A stretch of DNA of 64,000 bases from contig NC_043007.1 in assembly GCF_006345805.1 (NCBI RefSeq), positions 56,854,001-56,918,000 on the forward strand. Reading direction: 5' to 3'. Every line of letters begins with the position of its first letter. The first letter of the stretch is position 1. The notes beneath the pieces were generated by a model that searched no databases, was not told the origin of the DNA, and saw nothing but the letters and a program-made list of their open reading frames with translations. Positions 1 to 14,090 of this stretch are shown here, in pieces. The position numbers and the translations under genes were made by a program. Origin of the DNA: Octopus sinensis (lineage: Eukaryota).

Positions 1-1134
1 TGTATGATATTTGAGACTATTGTGGAGTTTAAATAAATAGAAATATTTAATGTAACAACATTATTTTTAAAGTAAATAAAGAAAAGAGACCAGTAAATGA
101 TATTATTTTTGGTTTTCAATTAACGCCGAACATAAGATACACATATGGGATAAAAGGCTAATGTGGGAGTGATTCAGTGTAGTTTCTTTAAACATAATCA
201 GAGATCAAAGTTACATTAATCGTGTTTTCCCACCCTCTTAACTCGAGCCAACAGGGATGGAGGAATTTCAAGTAATAATAACAAAATATCTTGCCTACTT
301 GTCCGACTACATATTTGTAGGAGAGAAAGAGAGAGAAGATTGAATCTACCTCACTATATAACGTGTGTTTATTGAAGCCAATGAAAGAGAGATTCTATTT
401 GAACTGCTAGAAATAATAGTCAAATTCCCCTCAAATTACACCCTATTGTCATTTCTTTTAGTCACAAATGATAATGTAATCCTAGATATACAAAAAGATG
501 GAATTATCACAGCTGTAATACCCATGTTCATACGTCTACTCACTTAAAGCTGACCTGTTTAAGAATATCAACAACTGTGACATTTATTTTATTGAATTCA
601 CAATGATCAAATACAATGTCACTCTGGGTGGCTTTTATTAACCTTATGATGAAAACAAGAATTTCTTACATATGCACAAGGCTGCAAAAGTTTTAGAGGA
701 AGGAGAATAGTTGGTTATATCCACACACCACATCCTCATACCTAGCTGGTTTTTGTTTTATCAACCCTGGAGCTAAGAAAAGCAAATTTGATGCTTGTGG
801 GGTTAGAACTCAAAATGTAACTAAATACCACAAAAGTATTTTTATCCAACCCTCAACTAATAATGACAACACAAATACGTAACGTTCAATTGCCATGGGA
901 GTGTGTATATATAAACATAATGTGGCAAACTATAATATATAAACATTAAGCTATATATAGGGTGATAGAATGATAGTGACCGAAATTGGCATAGGACCTT
1001 ATCGACAATCAATCTTCTTGAATAATTTCAATTGGATAAAACAACATCGACATCCAACCATCACTATGGAGTAACACATGATCTAGAGATTGTTCTGCAT
1101 AGATCTTTTAGGAATCATCAAGTCATGTACAGTC

Positions 1135-2426
1135 CATCATCATCATCATCATCATCATCATTTAACGTCCGTTTTCCATGCTAGCATGGGTCGGACGATT
1201 TTGACTGAGGGCTGGCAACCAGATGGCAGCACCAGGCCCCAGTCTTGATCTGGCAGAGTTTCTAAAGCTGGATGCCCTTCCTAACGCCAACCACTCCGAG
1301 AGTGTAGTGGGTGCATTTTACGTGCCACCTGCACGGGGGCCAGTCAGGCGGTACTGGCAATGACTTCGCTCGAATCTTTTTACACGTTACCACCGGCACA
1401 GGTGCCAGTGAAGCGACGTTGGTAACGATCACGCTTTTACGTGCCACGGGTACGGAAACCAGTTGGCTGCTCTGCCAACGATCACGCTCGGATGGTGTTC
1501 TTGGCACCCTACTAGCACAGGCATAAGTGCCAGTAAGGCGACGCTGGTAACGATCATACTCGAATAGCCGCTCTGTCAACGATCACACTTGTATGGTGCT
1601 CTTTGCACCCCGCTAGCACGGATGCCAGTCATCGAAATAATTTTGATTTTGATTTTGATTTCACTTGCCTCAACAGGTCTTCGCAAGCAAAGTTTAGTGA
1701 TCAAAGAAGGAAAAGCTACGCATAAGCGGGCTGGTTATGCTTGGTTATGGTTTCATCTGGCTTGCCGGGTCTTCTCGAGCACAGCATATTTCCAAAAATC
1801 TCGGTCGCTAGTCATTTCCTTGGTAAGGCCTAATGTTCGAAGGTCGTGCTTCACAACTTCATCCCAGGTCAACCTCTTGCACAGGTTCCCTCAACTGCTA
1901 GGGTGTGGTACTTTTTCACACAACTATCCTCATCCATTCTCACCACATGACCATACCAGCGCAGTCGTCTCTCATGCACACCACATCTAATGCTTCTTAG
2001 GTCCAACTTTTCTCTCAAGGTACTCACACTCTGTCGAGTATGAACACTGACATTACACATCCATTGGATCATACTGGCTTCATTCCTTGCAAGCTTATGC
2101 ATATCCTCAGCAGTCACAGCCCATGTTTCACTGCCGTGTAGCATGGCTCTTCGTACACATGCATCATACAGTCTACCTTTTACTCTAAGCGAGAGGCCCT
2201 TTTTCACCAGCAGAGGTAAGAGCTCTCTGAACTTTGCCCAAGCTATTCTTATTCTGGCAGCTACACTTTCAGTGCACCCTCCTCCGCTACTGATTTGGTC
2301 ACCTAGATAACGGAAGCTATCAACTACTTCTAGTTTTTCTCCCTGGAATGTGGTGGAAGTTGGTCTCTGCGCATTTTCATTGTTTATTGCCCCCGAGCAT
2401 CTGCCACATACAAAAACTATCTTCCC
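1135..2426 (-). mobile_element. 5'-truncated RTE-clade LINE (RT C-terminal region + 3' UTR + (GAT)n tail)
   Basis: ORF 1869-2447 contains FRYLGD, AWAKFRELLP, LHGSETW, RLRWYGHV, typical of RTE/BovB; (CAT)n run at 1135-1161. Confidence 0.93.
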
Positions 2427-3099
2427 AAACAATAATAAAAACGACAAACATCAATCTCTCTCATCTTGGCCCAATTCTATAGCCTCGCACCTAGCAAAGT
2501 TCTGGAATTGAAACATTATCTACTGTGTCACCCTTCTTCTTGTTCCCTCTTGGCAGCACAATTATTCCTTCTCTCACAGCCACTGAGTACTTTCTGCATC
2601 ACAAATGCCATTGTAGATCTCTCACTTCACCTCTTACTCTTATATGTGCATCAAACTAATTCAAGGTCTTACAGCTTCATATCATGTGAAATAACATCAC
2701 ACAGACCCATAACGTCATTAGCTCCAAACATTATGCTGGGGTGTACAGCATTAAGTACAAAGGAACAGCAACTGCTGAGTTCAGACCTAATTAACTTTGT
2801 CCACTTCTGTTGTGACTATCACCAAAATCTAAGTTTAATTGAAACAGACAGGATAGCAGAAGGAATATTACATGCCCAGACTGCAATATTGCACCACATA
2901 CACTCAAGCACTGCATGTTAACATGTAATATGGCCCTCCATTAGTCAGAGATACAAGATAGCGAAGCTATAGAGCCGTAGCTCACAGTCTGCCATTCAAT
3001 CAACTATGTTGCATACATCTGGCTTGCCCTAAAACCACAACTAACATGAGCTTGAGAGTAGGAAGTTAAAGATTAAAAAACTTAGTAACAAAACAAACC

Positions 3100-4343
3100 T
3101 GCTGACAAATTTCAAAATATTTTATTTTATTTTATTAAATACAAATATTTTGTTTACTAGGTTCAGAAAAGTGGAAAGTGTGTAGCTTGTATAGTGAATT
3201 TCATATCTTTCTCATAGACATTAGCACTGAAAGTGAAGTAAAATGGTCACAACAAAGAAACAAAACCAGGGTTCAAACATGACTTGAAGTGAGCTTACTT
3301 TCTACCCAACAGTGCTAGCTTTTAAACAAGTTCAAAATATTACTATACATCCATACACATATGTGCATACATCTACACACATGTGTGAAAGAGAGGGGTG
3401 GGAGGAGATACAGATATAAAAATAAATATGGTCATGTCTGATTGCAGTAAAAACTGGAGGTATATGGGAGTTGATGATAGTTTCATTTTGGATTTGGGTT
3501 TAACAAGACAGAAGATTAACATTTATACATAAAATCTTGTAATGTTCGGTCAACATATATAAAAGAAAACCACTGCTAATGAAGTCAAATTTCTCAAAGT
3601 GTACATCACATTTTTATAAATAATCTTTTATTTATAGTTCAATTGTTTATATTCACAGATAACATCCATATCAGGTTCTTCATAATTCATAGGCAGTTAA
3701 TTCATGTAGCTTATCTTTTGTTAGTAGGAGCACATTTACATAAGTATTCCTCTTGATCATAGAGCCAATACGTTCCTGAGTCAACAATCATGCAAATTGA
3801 GTTAGTATGCAGATCAATGCTGTACACATAATCTTCTGATGTTGGAAAAATATTAACTTAACAAATTTTTGGTTCTTTGATTAAAATTGATTTAAAATAC
3901 TTTCTGTGTATGGCTCAACAATCAATTTTTTTTATATAAAATAATAGAATTTGTTTCATACATTCCCTTTATTTGTACAAGTCTTTGTTTTTATTCCTTT
4001 TCTTTTCTTAACCAAAAGGTCAACAATTCTACAGGATGTCTTTCCATTGTGACTTAACAACTATATAAGATTTTCTTCTGTTTAATGCTTAACAATTCTA
4101 GAGGGTTTTTGCATTCATGGGCCAACATTCTCTTGCATGCACACATTTACAAAGGCATAGAATATATACATGCACACAAACGTAGATGTATATATATAAA
4201 TACACATTCACACACACATGCATGCATATACAAACACACCAAGAGTAAAAAAGGCCTTATTTGGATATTTAATCAGAGATCAACTGAGAGAATGAGTTAA
4301 CATCTCATAGATCATTCTGTTTGTGTGTGCAAAGAGAGAAAGA

Positions 4344-4393
<50 letters not shown>

Positions 4394-4780
4394 ACTTTCT
4401 TTCATTTACAGGATGTTGACAAGGCTTTTAGTTATTTCTTTTTTCATTTCAAAGTCAACATTTACATAAACCAAAAGACAAAAAATCCATATTGGTTTAA
4501 ATGTAGTGGAAATTAAATACTCCACCCACACATCACTGCCACATAATTTGAATAACATTGGTAAATGATGGAGTTTTCATCAGAAAAAAAGGTCTCCAGA
4601 AATAAAATGATTATATGTTTGTCCTTTCTGTCAGTCGTTTTTCAAAAGTTAACCATCATTCACATTATTCCAAACTGGTTAGTTATTTGAATATTTGGTC
4701 ATGCTTGTAGGCAAATGAATCTGCTCAACTACTCACAGTCATATACACGGTCAATAATGATAAGCTGATCAAGTGTGAAC
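3100..4780 (-). other. Probable non-coding 3' terminal exon / 3' UTR of the formin (left boundary uncertain)
   Basis: Strong acceptor ttgttctcttttacag at 4781; repeat-poor AT-rich sequence with several AATAAA candidates; the poly(A) site cannot be fixed from sequence. Confidence 0.5.
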
Positions 4781-6922
4781 CTGTAAAAGAGAACAATCTT
4801 CAAAGATCAATAGCTTATACACAGATCAAACATAAATCTTAAGTTTGTTTTACATAAATATAATGGTAGATTGGTCATAAAGAAAACATTTTAGTAACAC
4901 AGTTGACAATTTAGTCTTCACTGGGGACATTTTCTTAATCCTTTAGTATTTAAACCAATCATATCTGGTCCCAAACATCCAACCCATTTTATATTCAAAC
5001 CAACCAGATCTGGTCTTTCATGCCTACCCTAGAATGTCATTCTAAAAATAAACAATCACATCACTGAACTCTTGAGATTATGAAATATAATATATGATCA
5101 ATTAAAAGCAATGTTATTATAAATGAGCATTACTTTGACTGGGTAATCTGAGTGCTAAAGGATTAAACCTTAAAGTATTTTATTAATCAATTCTTATTTC
5201 ACCAAATGGTGAAGGATGGTAACAAGTGCTTTTGAAAATGACTACCTAAAATACAATCTAAACCTTCAAAGAAGTTCATTTATTTAATGCTATTGAGACC
5301 TGGGTAGAGGATTGGCCAAGAATTTAGTTTATAGGAGAGCATGAAAAAGGACCAATTGCTACACAACAAAGCTGGCAGTTATGATCATCATCATTTAACA
5401 TTCCTTTTCCTATGCTGGGATGGGCTGAATGGTTCAACATGAACAGATGAGCCAGAGAGCAGTACCAAGTTTTAGTGTCTACTTTGGCATGGTTTCTACA
5501 GCTGGATATCCTACCTAATGCCAACAACTTCACAAGGTGTACTGGGTGCTTTTTTACATGGCACCAGCACTGGTGAGGTCACCAAGTAACTTACATGACC
5601 CTTCAAGTGAGTCAAGTACAATATGTTAAATATAAAAAGCATTTTCTTTTCATTTTTACTTATTTACTTCTGTAAGTAGTTTCTTATGATTAAATGTATC
5701 CTGTTTGATTCTTCATAGAATCGCAAATTCTAAGATCTTTTGAGACATAACTAGACTACCCATGACCTGTTGGGTCACTGACAGTTCAGGTTATAAAACA
5801 CTGAAGCTGATTTCAACATTGCATTAAAATGAAAGTTAATTTTATGACGATTCAGTTAAATATTTCAATTCGTTCATGTCATTCACAAGTTCATATTTAA
5901 GGTTTTATTGATCATTTACAGCATCTAATAGAAATAGAACTTCAAGGATAAACTTGAACTCCAGTAAAAGTATTTATTTATAGCATATGTGCACACTCCT
6001 ACAAAAATGCAAAAGGAATTGTTATATAATGCAAACAAAATTAATGGAAACAATTTTCAGTATTATATATTCCCATTTCAGGATTATGTTACTTTTGGGG
6101 TATTTTCCCATTATGTGCCATTTTGGCTATTTATGAAAGTACCCCCAAAAATCCAAGTATCTCAAGAATCCATGGTGCGATTTACATAAAACTTGTTTTA
6201 TTCCACTTGTATTCACATATCAGGGGTACCTTACTTTCCCATTATGCACCAGTTTGGCTGTATTAAATTACCAACAAGCACACATGCAAGCAAGCATGCA
6301 AGCAAGCAATCACAGAGTTTTTGTAGTATATAGATAAAACAAAAGTTGTAATATTCATGCCCATCCACATACTAAAGTAAAGTACTTTAGATATGTCTAG
6401 AAACTGAAACCATGTCAGTAAATATCTGGAATGTTAACTTTGATTCTATGGCTTTACAACTCTGAATAAAAAATCTGAAAAACTATAATAGGATCATTTT
6501 TTCCACTATTAATCTAATCCTTAAACATAACTGGATTCAAGCAAGAAAGCTTTATTTCTAACAAAGTATAGTAACAGTTTTATTCACTAAATCGCTGACA
6601 CTAGCTTTGTGAGTAAGAGCATTAATACTATTAATTTAAAAACCTAGAAACAAAGATTCTGGTAGTAAATTTGCATCTAAAAATAGAATTCATCTTGAAT
6701 CTGTGCATCTTGAAACAGCGGTACTACTGTATAAACATACACAACAAAGTTAATGATGTAACACAGAGAGAATTATGAAACAGTTGTAACCTTACGGGAA
6801 TATTAAATCTTCATTTGCTTCTCACATCTCTTGGTTCAGTGCTTATGTGTGTCCATGTGTGTGTGTGTGTGTAAGCATATACAGAAAAGGATAATGAAAT
6901 ATGCCTGATGCCTACCTCTCAA

Positions 6923-6970
6923 TCACCTTGGTAACAGTTCCCCCTTCAGTTTGCTACTCAAACGATCTTT
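6923..6970 (-). CDS. FMN2: Formin last coding exon: KDRLSSKLKGELLPR-stop (exon extends to a donor at 6916)
   Basis: tttttttgacttacag acceptor; the junction gives GL-KDRL, like the basic Spire-binding (FSI) tail of FMN/Capu; TGA at 6923-6925; GAG|gtaggc donor 7 nt later. Confidence 0.8.
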   Translation of the reverse strand, partial: KDRLSSKLKGELLPR

Positions 6971-9174
6971 CTGTAAGTCAAAAAAAGAAAGACTGTTTGA
7001 TAATCCAAAAAAGAGAGAGAAAGAATTACAGAAAAAAAAATATATATATATAGAATGAGTGATAAAGAGTTAATGAGAGAGGGGAGGGAAAGCTGTTGCA
7101 GTCTAAAGAGATGGGAGAGGAGTCATATAAACAAATTAAAATAAAGAATATACTATCATTTAAGAGTAAGAAATGTTAGTGGTAGAGTTGTTAGTTAGTG
7201 ACAGTGTGTGTGTGCAAGTAGGATACACTGTAGAAATGAGGTGCATGGAACAACAAAAGTCTTTAGCTGAAATATTTCATCTCATCCCACATCATAACAT
7301 ACCACAGTTCATCCCATGTCACAATAGTATCCAATATTTCACTCCCTATCACAACAATATAACACATCACATCACAACAATATATCAGCCTTCAATACTT
7401 CCTCTTAAACTGAAGAACTGAAATGTTTTTTAAACATTTCCTCACAGAAACAGAGGCTGCACCCATGACCTTTGCATGACCTCCAAGACTGATAGGTTGA
7501 GAGTGTGTGAAAAAGTTTACAGTTCACAGGTTGCTACTAACTACTATGATCTCTCTAAGTGGATCATCTAGGTGATACTGACAGTATATAAGCCTGCAAG
7601 TGCCATGGGAACATGTACCTGTCCCAATTGGCAGCAGACCTCCACAAGAAAACCACTTCCACTTATACCCTCTAATGAGTAGAACTACATAAAGAAAAAT
7701 GTAGAAGTAACACATCAAATATGATACCCAGCTTTCCAGAGGTTGAGGTTGTTGTCATTGTTTAACCCAAGCTCAGCTGGTCCTACAATTCAAAGACCAA
7801 AAGCATTCCAGTCATCACTTTTTTCAATCAAGGTTTTCAGGACTGAGGAGAAGCTATAGTCTTGGAACTTGGTTCAAATCCTTGCAAGTGTGTGGGTCCG
7901 TTAAAACAGTGGTTCTTAACTGGGGTGGCAGCAGGTCCCAGGAGAGCACAAAAGTTGGCAGCAAATATCAAATGGGCAGTGAATGTTTAGAGGAGTTATG
8001 ATTTTTCATTGATAATAAAATATTCAGATCAGGCAGAGTACTTATATTTGAATCATCATCATCATCATTATCATTTAATGTCTGTTTTCCATGTTGGCAT
8101 GGGATGAACATTTTGACAGAGCTGGCAAGCCAGGAGACTACAGCATGTTTCATTGTCTATTTTGGCATGGTTCATGCAGCTGAATGCCCTTCCTAATGCC
8201 AACCACCTTACAGAGTGGACTGACTGCTTTTTACGTGGCACCAGTGAGGTTTGTTTTGACAAAGTTTTTACAACCTGTAACTTAGTGGTTCAGCAAAAGA
8301 GATCAATAGCTTTACAAAAAAATAATAAGTACTGTGGTCAATTTGTTCAATTAAAGTTCTTCAAAGTGGTGCCCCAGCATAGCCACAGCCTAATGAATGA
8401 AACAAGAAGTAAAAGAAAAGATATAAAACCTGGAAAGAGGGTATTTGTAAAAGTCATCCCATAAAAAGGGGAACAGAGCTATAAAGGGTCAAAAACCACT
8501 GCACTAAAGGTACTCAGTGGTTAGGTAGCTCATTAAATCTACCACTCAAAACCAATGTCCATCAGTAGAACGTTCACACATCTTCCAGCTACCGAATTTT
8601 GTTAACCAAGTTCAAGGTGATGATCAATGGGATCAAATCCTTAACTATGTAATTGTGAAGAAAACTCCTTAAGTACACAACCATGTCTATGCTCATTTTT
8701 AAGTCAGTAGGAGGTAATTTGAAGGTTCTATTTCTGGGAGATTTACTGTCCATATAGAGGCACCCTCACTGAGGTTGATTTAATCAAGTATTCTATTCTG
8801 TTATAAATTTATGGGTTTTTTGTGAAGAGTAAGTAATATCATTAGTCATGTCTTGAAAATTAAATGCCTAGATTTATTTGTACCAAATTTCCTGGCAATT
8901 AAAATTCATTAATTAAAATGTATTTTCATCAAAGTTTCCTGACTAAATATAAATTGCAAATAAGAAGGCGAATTGTCTTAGTTAATCATGGCCACCTGGG
9001 CTACATTACTTCCACCTATCTTACTCACAACAGCTGAACCACAATTAGGAATTTGTCAGAGAGCAAAGTATGAAGTTTTTCAGATCACTGCTAGCTTGAG
9101 TTATCATCTACTTTACTCCATATTACTGTTGGAAGAAAGATGACGATAGCAGCAAAACAAAAACTAAAAACAAA

Positions 9175-9195
9175 ATAATAATAATAATAATGATG

Positions 9196-9238
<43 letters not shown>
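9175..9238. repeat. (AAT)n microsatellite just inside the intron after exon 9263-9353
   Basis: Direct reading. Confidence 0.95.
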
Positions 9239-9240
<2 letters not shown>

Positions 9241-9262
9241 TGGCAATGAGTGTGTGACTAAC

Positions 9263-9353
9263 CAGACCGCCTTTCCGAATGTTACGTATCTGCATCGATG
9301 AGGGTCTTTTCACTTCTTGTAGTTCTTTAACTTTGTTTTGAGCTTCTTTGATT
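9263..9353 (-). CDS. FMN2: Formin tail exon (91 bp, phase 2 to 0), after a 30,979-bp intron
   Basis: gtttctttttcag acceptor, gttagt donor; (R)IKEAQNKVKELQEVKRPSSMQIRNIRKGGL; continues the frame and resembles the FMN R-V/I-K-E-A tail start. Confidence 0.88.
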
Positions 9354-10598
9354 CTGAAAAAGAAACAAACTTTAACCATGAAAATATCTTCACCTAGAAA
9401 AGGATTTGAAACCACAACTTTCAGATTAGAAGTTTGTTGTTCTAGTAAGTAAACTAATGTGATTGCTCTACCTGCTAGAAATAAGAAGCAAATCTCCCTC
9501 ACCCCCTACTTCCGAAGGTCTTGCAAAAAAGGAAAAAAAATCAAAGAACACACTGATAATATAGTGTTGCTATATCTGGATAAAAGATGAGATAGTGTAC
9601 CATATCTAGATAAAAGATGGGATGGCCATGGTTAGAATATATTTAATCATAGGTCTGCTTAATCTAAGGCTCAACAACAACAAATAACAATGAAATGTTC
9701 AGTTAGTTAAATGGTTACCAAGTTCATGGGCACTTCATCAATATCACCTCAGACTTGAGCCATAAAAATCTCCACACTTTACACACATTCCTTGTGATGA
9801 CATACAACATATCTAGCTACAGACATACTACCAAGCTGATAGGGTAGTAAAGCTCAATAACTATCAAAGCATCAGCAGCAAGGCATGGATGTTATACTGA
9901 TACATTGGCATGGTGTCAACAGATTGTTTGTGTGGTAGTTGCAAAGTGATGACTTTGTGCATCAACCAGTCTCAATAGTAGACTACTGTGGTCACATGTA
10001 TTGACATGCTATGTGACTACTTATGTGCTACTGACACCTAAAAAAACTGTCCTTACAAAATAAATAATTTTTAAAAAATCAGAAAGAGAACTATTAAATA
10101 ATGTAGTTCTATATAACCCTAAAAAGTTGGTGCAGCCTTATCCATAGGCTAGGGAACAGAGAGTGTAAGGTGTTTAAATATGCCTCCTAAAATTTTCTGG
10201 GTTCAATGCAAATACTTTGAATGTCCTGAGTTGGGCTTGCACCCACTATGAAAATTTTCTCCCTGCACTTATGGCCATGATCAGAATGCTAATAATTGTA
10301 AGTCTGCTTAATCAGTGGGTAGGGTGCTAATCAACAACAGTGCTGGTGATGACATTTGATTAAAGACAAAAGAAGTAACAATGCATACAAGTAGCTACAA
10401 ACAAAACTACCAAAACAAATGTTACAGTTTAATCCTTCATCATCCTTGATCTATGATTGGAAATGTTCCAGCTGTGACCATCTCATCTATTTTTCAGGTT
10501 TGGTGTATCTAAAATCAAATTATCCAATGTGTTATTTGAGGGATAATATTTCTAGAAGGTAGAGAGCAATCAGCCACACAGAGGCTCCTTTGTTAGCT

Positions 10599-11215
10599 TA
10601 ACCCTTTTGTTACCATATTTGTTTGAAATACACTGCCTTTGTCCCAATTAATTTCTAACCCTTTCGTTACTGTTATTCTAGTGGAATATACTGCATTTAT
10701 TTCAATTAATTGTTAAAATTACAAAGAATCTAGTAAAATAACTTTTGCCATTATTAATCCTAATAATTGTTCCTAATACTGGTGGTGGTGATGGTAGTGT
10801 TGTTGACTGTGATGCTGGTAATATTGCTGTTGCTATTGTTGTTGAGTAGTTGCTGTTGATTTAGAAATGTTGTTTGTGTTGGGTCTGTTATTGGAGGTAG
10901 ACATAAGCAATGATGATGTCAGTGAAAAAATAGTCACCCTTCCTGTTTCAACCGTAGTTTAGAATGAAATTTTGAAGAAAGGTTTTAACTCAGACAACAT
11001 TAAAACCCAAAGTTTGCGTCATAGAATCAAGGTTATCTGAGGCAGGTTAAAATGATAAAGAATTTAGTATAATCATTTTTTCACCTTTGAGCTGGTGTTT
11101 TGAACTTAAATTGGCATAAAATTTTTAAGGAAAGTTTTAATTTCAATCACTTTAAAACTAGGAACTTGTATCATAAAATGAAGAGTGGTTTCGGGTGAGT
11201 TTGTATCAAAAGGGT
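10599..11215. mobile_element. Nested pair of piggyBac-type MITEs (one inside another) containing an inverted insertion; partial copy near 59558-59760
   Basis: Two aaccctttYgttac starts (10599, 10657) resembling the 60173 terminus; end tatcaaaagggtt near 11215. Confidence 0.7.
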
Positions 11216-14090
11216 TGGTTATGAAAAAGAAGTGAAAACAATGGAAGCTTGAGACTGTTTTGGATTTAGAGAAGTAGCAAAACAGAGGAGGTGAAAATTG
11301 AAACACTATAGAGTAATATGATTTGTTATGTAGGAAGGGTGACTATTTTTTCACTGACATCATCATTGCTTATGGCTACCTCCAATAACAGACCCAACAC
11401 AAACAACATTTCTAAATCAACAGCAACTACTCAACAACAATAGCAACAGCAATATTACCAGCATCACAGTCAACAACACTACCATCACCACCACCAGTAT
11501 TAGGAACATTGCCATCAACAGCTCTACTTCTATCTATGCTATCTCCAACAAAAACAACCCCATCACCAACTCCACCACCACCATCTCTGTTATCATTATC
11601 ATCAGCAATAACACCAACTCCACCACTAAAAACAATACTAACACCACCAACATCTTGAACACCACCACCACCACCCACAGAGCTAGTTACAACAACAACA
11701 ACAACATCACTACGGTGGTTAGTCAAGGCCATGTGGTATTCTGGTGAATCTGGTAAATTCTTGTACAAGAAACAGACCAAAACACTTCTAGCCCAATCTT
11801 GCAATCATCACTGCCTGAACCCAACGAACTCCCGAACTCCGTCACATAAGCAAGCATATGGCTACTGGGCAGGGAAGTGTGAGAGGTGTGCAGGTGACTG
11901 GTAAGGAGAGGGGATAAGAGATTTGATGGGTAGGGAGGAAGATAGTTATTTAACTATACAGGAAAACCATAACATACCATACTGAAAAGCATAACACACC
12001 GATACCATAACAAACCACATTTCACATTATAGCAGAGCAGACCGTAATATACCATACAGTCAAGCATATCATAGAATATTATGTGGAAATTATCCTTCAA
12101 CAAACCATATTTAATATTGGTTTCAAATTTTGGCACAAGGCCAGCAAGTTCAGGAGCTGGGGGAGTAAGATGATTTCTTCAACCCCAGTGTTCGACTGGT
12201 ACTTATTTTATCATTCCTGAAAGGATGAAAGGCAAAGCTGACCTCTGTGGAATTTGAACTCAGAGCATAGAGACAGGTAAAATGCCACTAAGCATTTTGT
12301 CCAGCATGCTAATGATTTTGTCAGCTCTTTCTGCCTTAGACCATATTTAATATTTTGTGTGTGTGTGTATGTGTCTGTGCATGTTTGTCTGTGTGTGTGC
12401 TCACACACTCACATGCACTTGTCTGTGTCTGTTGCTGATTCATAAAAATTTATAAGCTTTAGAGAGAACATGAAATAATTATTTTCCAGAACAGTGAATC
12501 TCAAAGCACTCATAAAGCTATAAATGATAAAGAATTATGGAAAAACATATCAAGATCATGTGCCACCATAACTTACTTGAAATATAACTCATGCTCCTAT
12601 ACAATACCATACTAAATATGAACAGTTGTATACCATCCAATAATGCTTATATGTAGGGATAAATTTAGACATGGCCATACACCTGGTAGTATGCCAATTA
12701 AGGAACATTCACTGTCTGCAGCTACCTGATGTCTTTAAAAATATGGATATAAATACCACTGGAATTCCTCCAGGTCTGTCAAATATATAACAAATGAGAG
12801 GAAGAGAAAATGCAAGAAAGAATCTTGTGGACTATTTTGTCTTTCTCTCATTTGTTATGTCAATAAATTTATGTCTTGGGAGAAAGGGAAGCTGACTTCC
12901 CTGAGCTCTAATTACATTTGAAAACGACAAACATTTTCAACTGACAAAAGCACTTTTTTTCCCTTAGTCAGACAAAAGAACAACCCAAAAACATTATACT
13001 CCTTGTCTATCTACAGCATCTCAACCTATCTCTTATTCACAAACTTACCTGTAAAATTGTTACTACTGATGTAGACATCTATCACTTTCTTCAGGATCTG
13101 TAGTAAAACCTATTGTATTCCAGAGCTAAATCAAAAACATGCCCAAAACCTACAATATTGCAAAATGTTATCTATACATGTGGCAGTAAAATCTTATGAA
13201 AACGAAAACCATAAATATCAAAACTAAACCACCATATCATACTTTATCTTTTACTTACTGTAGTCATTTGATTGCGGCCATGCTGGGGCACCATCTTGAA
13301 AGATTTTCAGTTGAATGAATTGACCCTAGTACTTACTGTCTATTCATTTATTTTTTGACAAACCTGGTACTTTTTATTCTATCAGTATCTTTTGCTGAAC
13401 TGCTATGTTATAGGGACATAAACACACCAATACCAGTTTGTCAAGCGACTCTGGAGAACGGACACAGACACAAAGAAAGAGACACAAACATATATACATA
13501 TATACGATGGGCTTCTTTCAGTTTCTGTCTATCAAATCTACTCACAAGGCTTTGGTCAGCCTGAGGCTATTGTAGAAGACACTTGCCAAAGGTGTCATGC
13601 AGTGGGATTGAACACAGAACCATGTGGTTGTGAAGCAAACTTCTTACCACACAGCCACACCTGCACTGACAAACATATCATTCCAAACCACATCAGAAGC
13701 AATAGATAACAAGACATAATGAAAGAAAACATAACACTATACTATGCTATATACAACTATATCAAGCTGATTTGGGTATATTTATACTATATCTACAGCA
13801 AGAAATTTTTTCCATGACAAAACACAGTGAATGGCTTGTTTACAGGTCTGAACATGCTTTTAGCCTATTCAAAGTGATAATAACATTGCATTTAAAACTA
13901 CATCATCCTATATAAACAAAGATACACTATACCATCCCACAGCAAAATTTTGTGATACTAAAAGAATACACAACACAGCTAATAGATAATATGATATAAA
14001 AATAAATATGTCATACCATGACATACTGGAAACATACCATATCATGTTAAAAACATATCAAAGTAGAAAATAGGTGGAATTCTGGTTTAA

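Noticed and set aside
2466-2921. 151-aa plus-strand ORF
   Set aside because: No recognisable motif, starts at a non-ATG codon and has no exon partners; probably chance in 3' flank or UTR sequence.
9975-10030. Short hairpin gtggtcacatgt/ctatgtgactac and a nearby acceptor as a miRNA or alternative last exon
   Set aside because: The stem is only about 11 imperfect bp, and the acceptor would add two codons before a stop with no other support.
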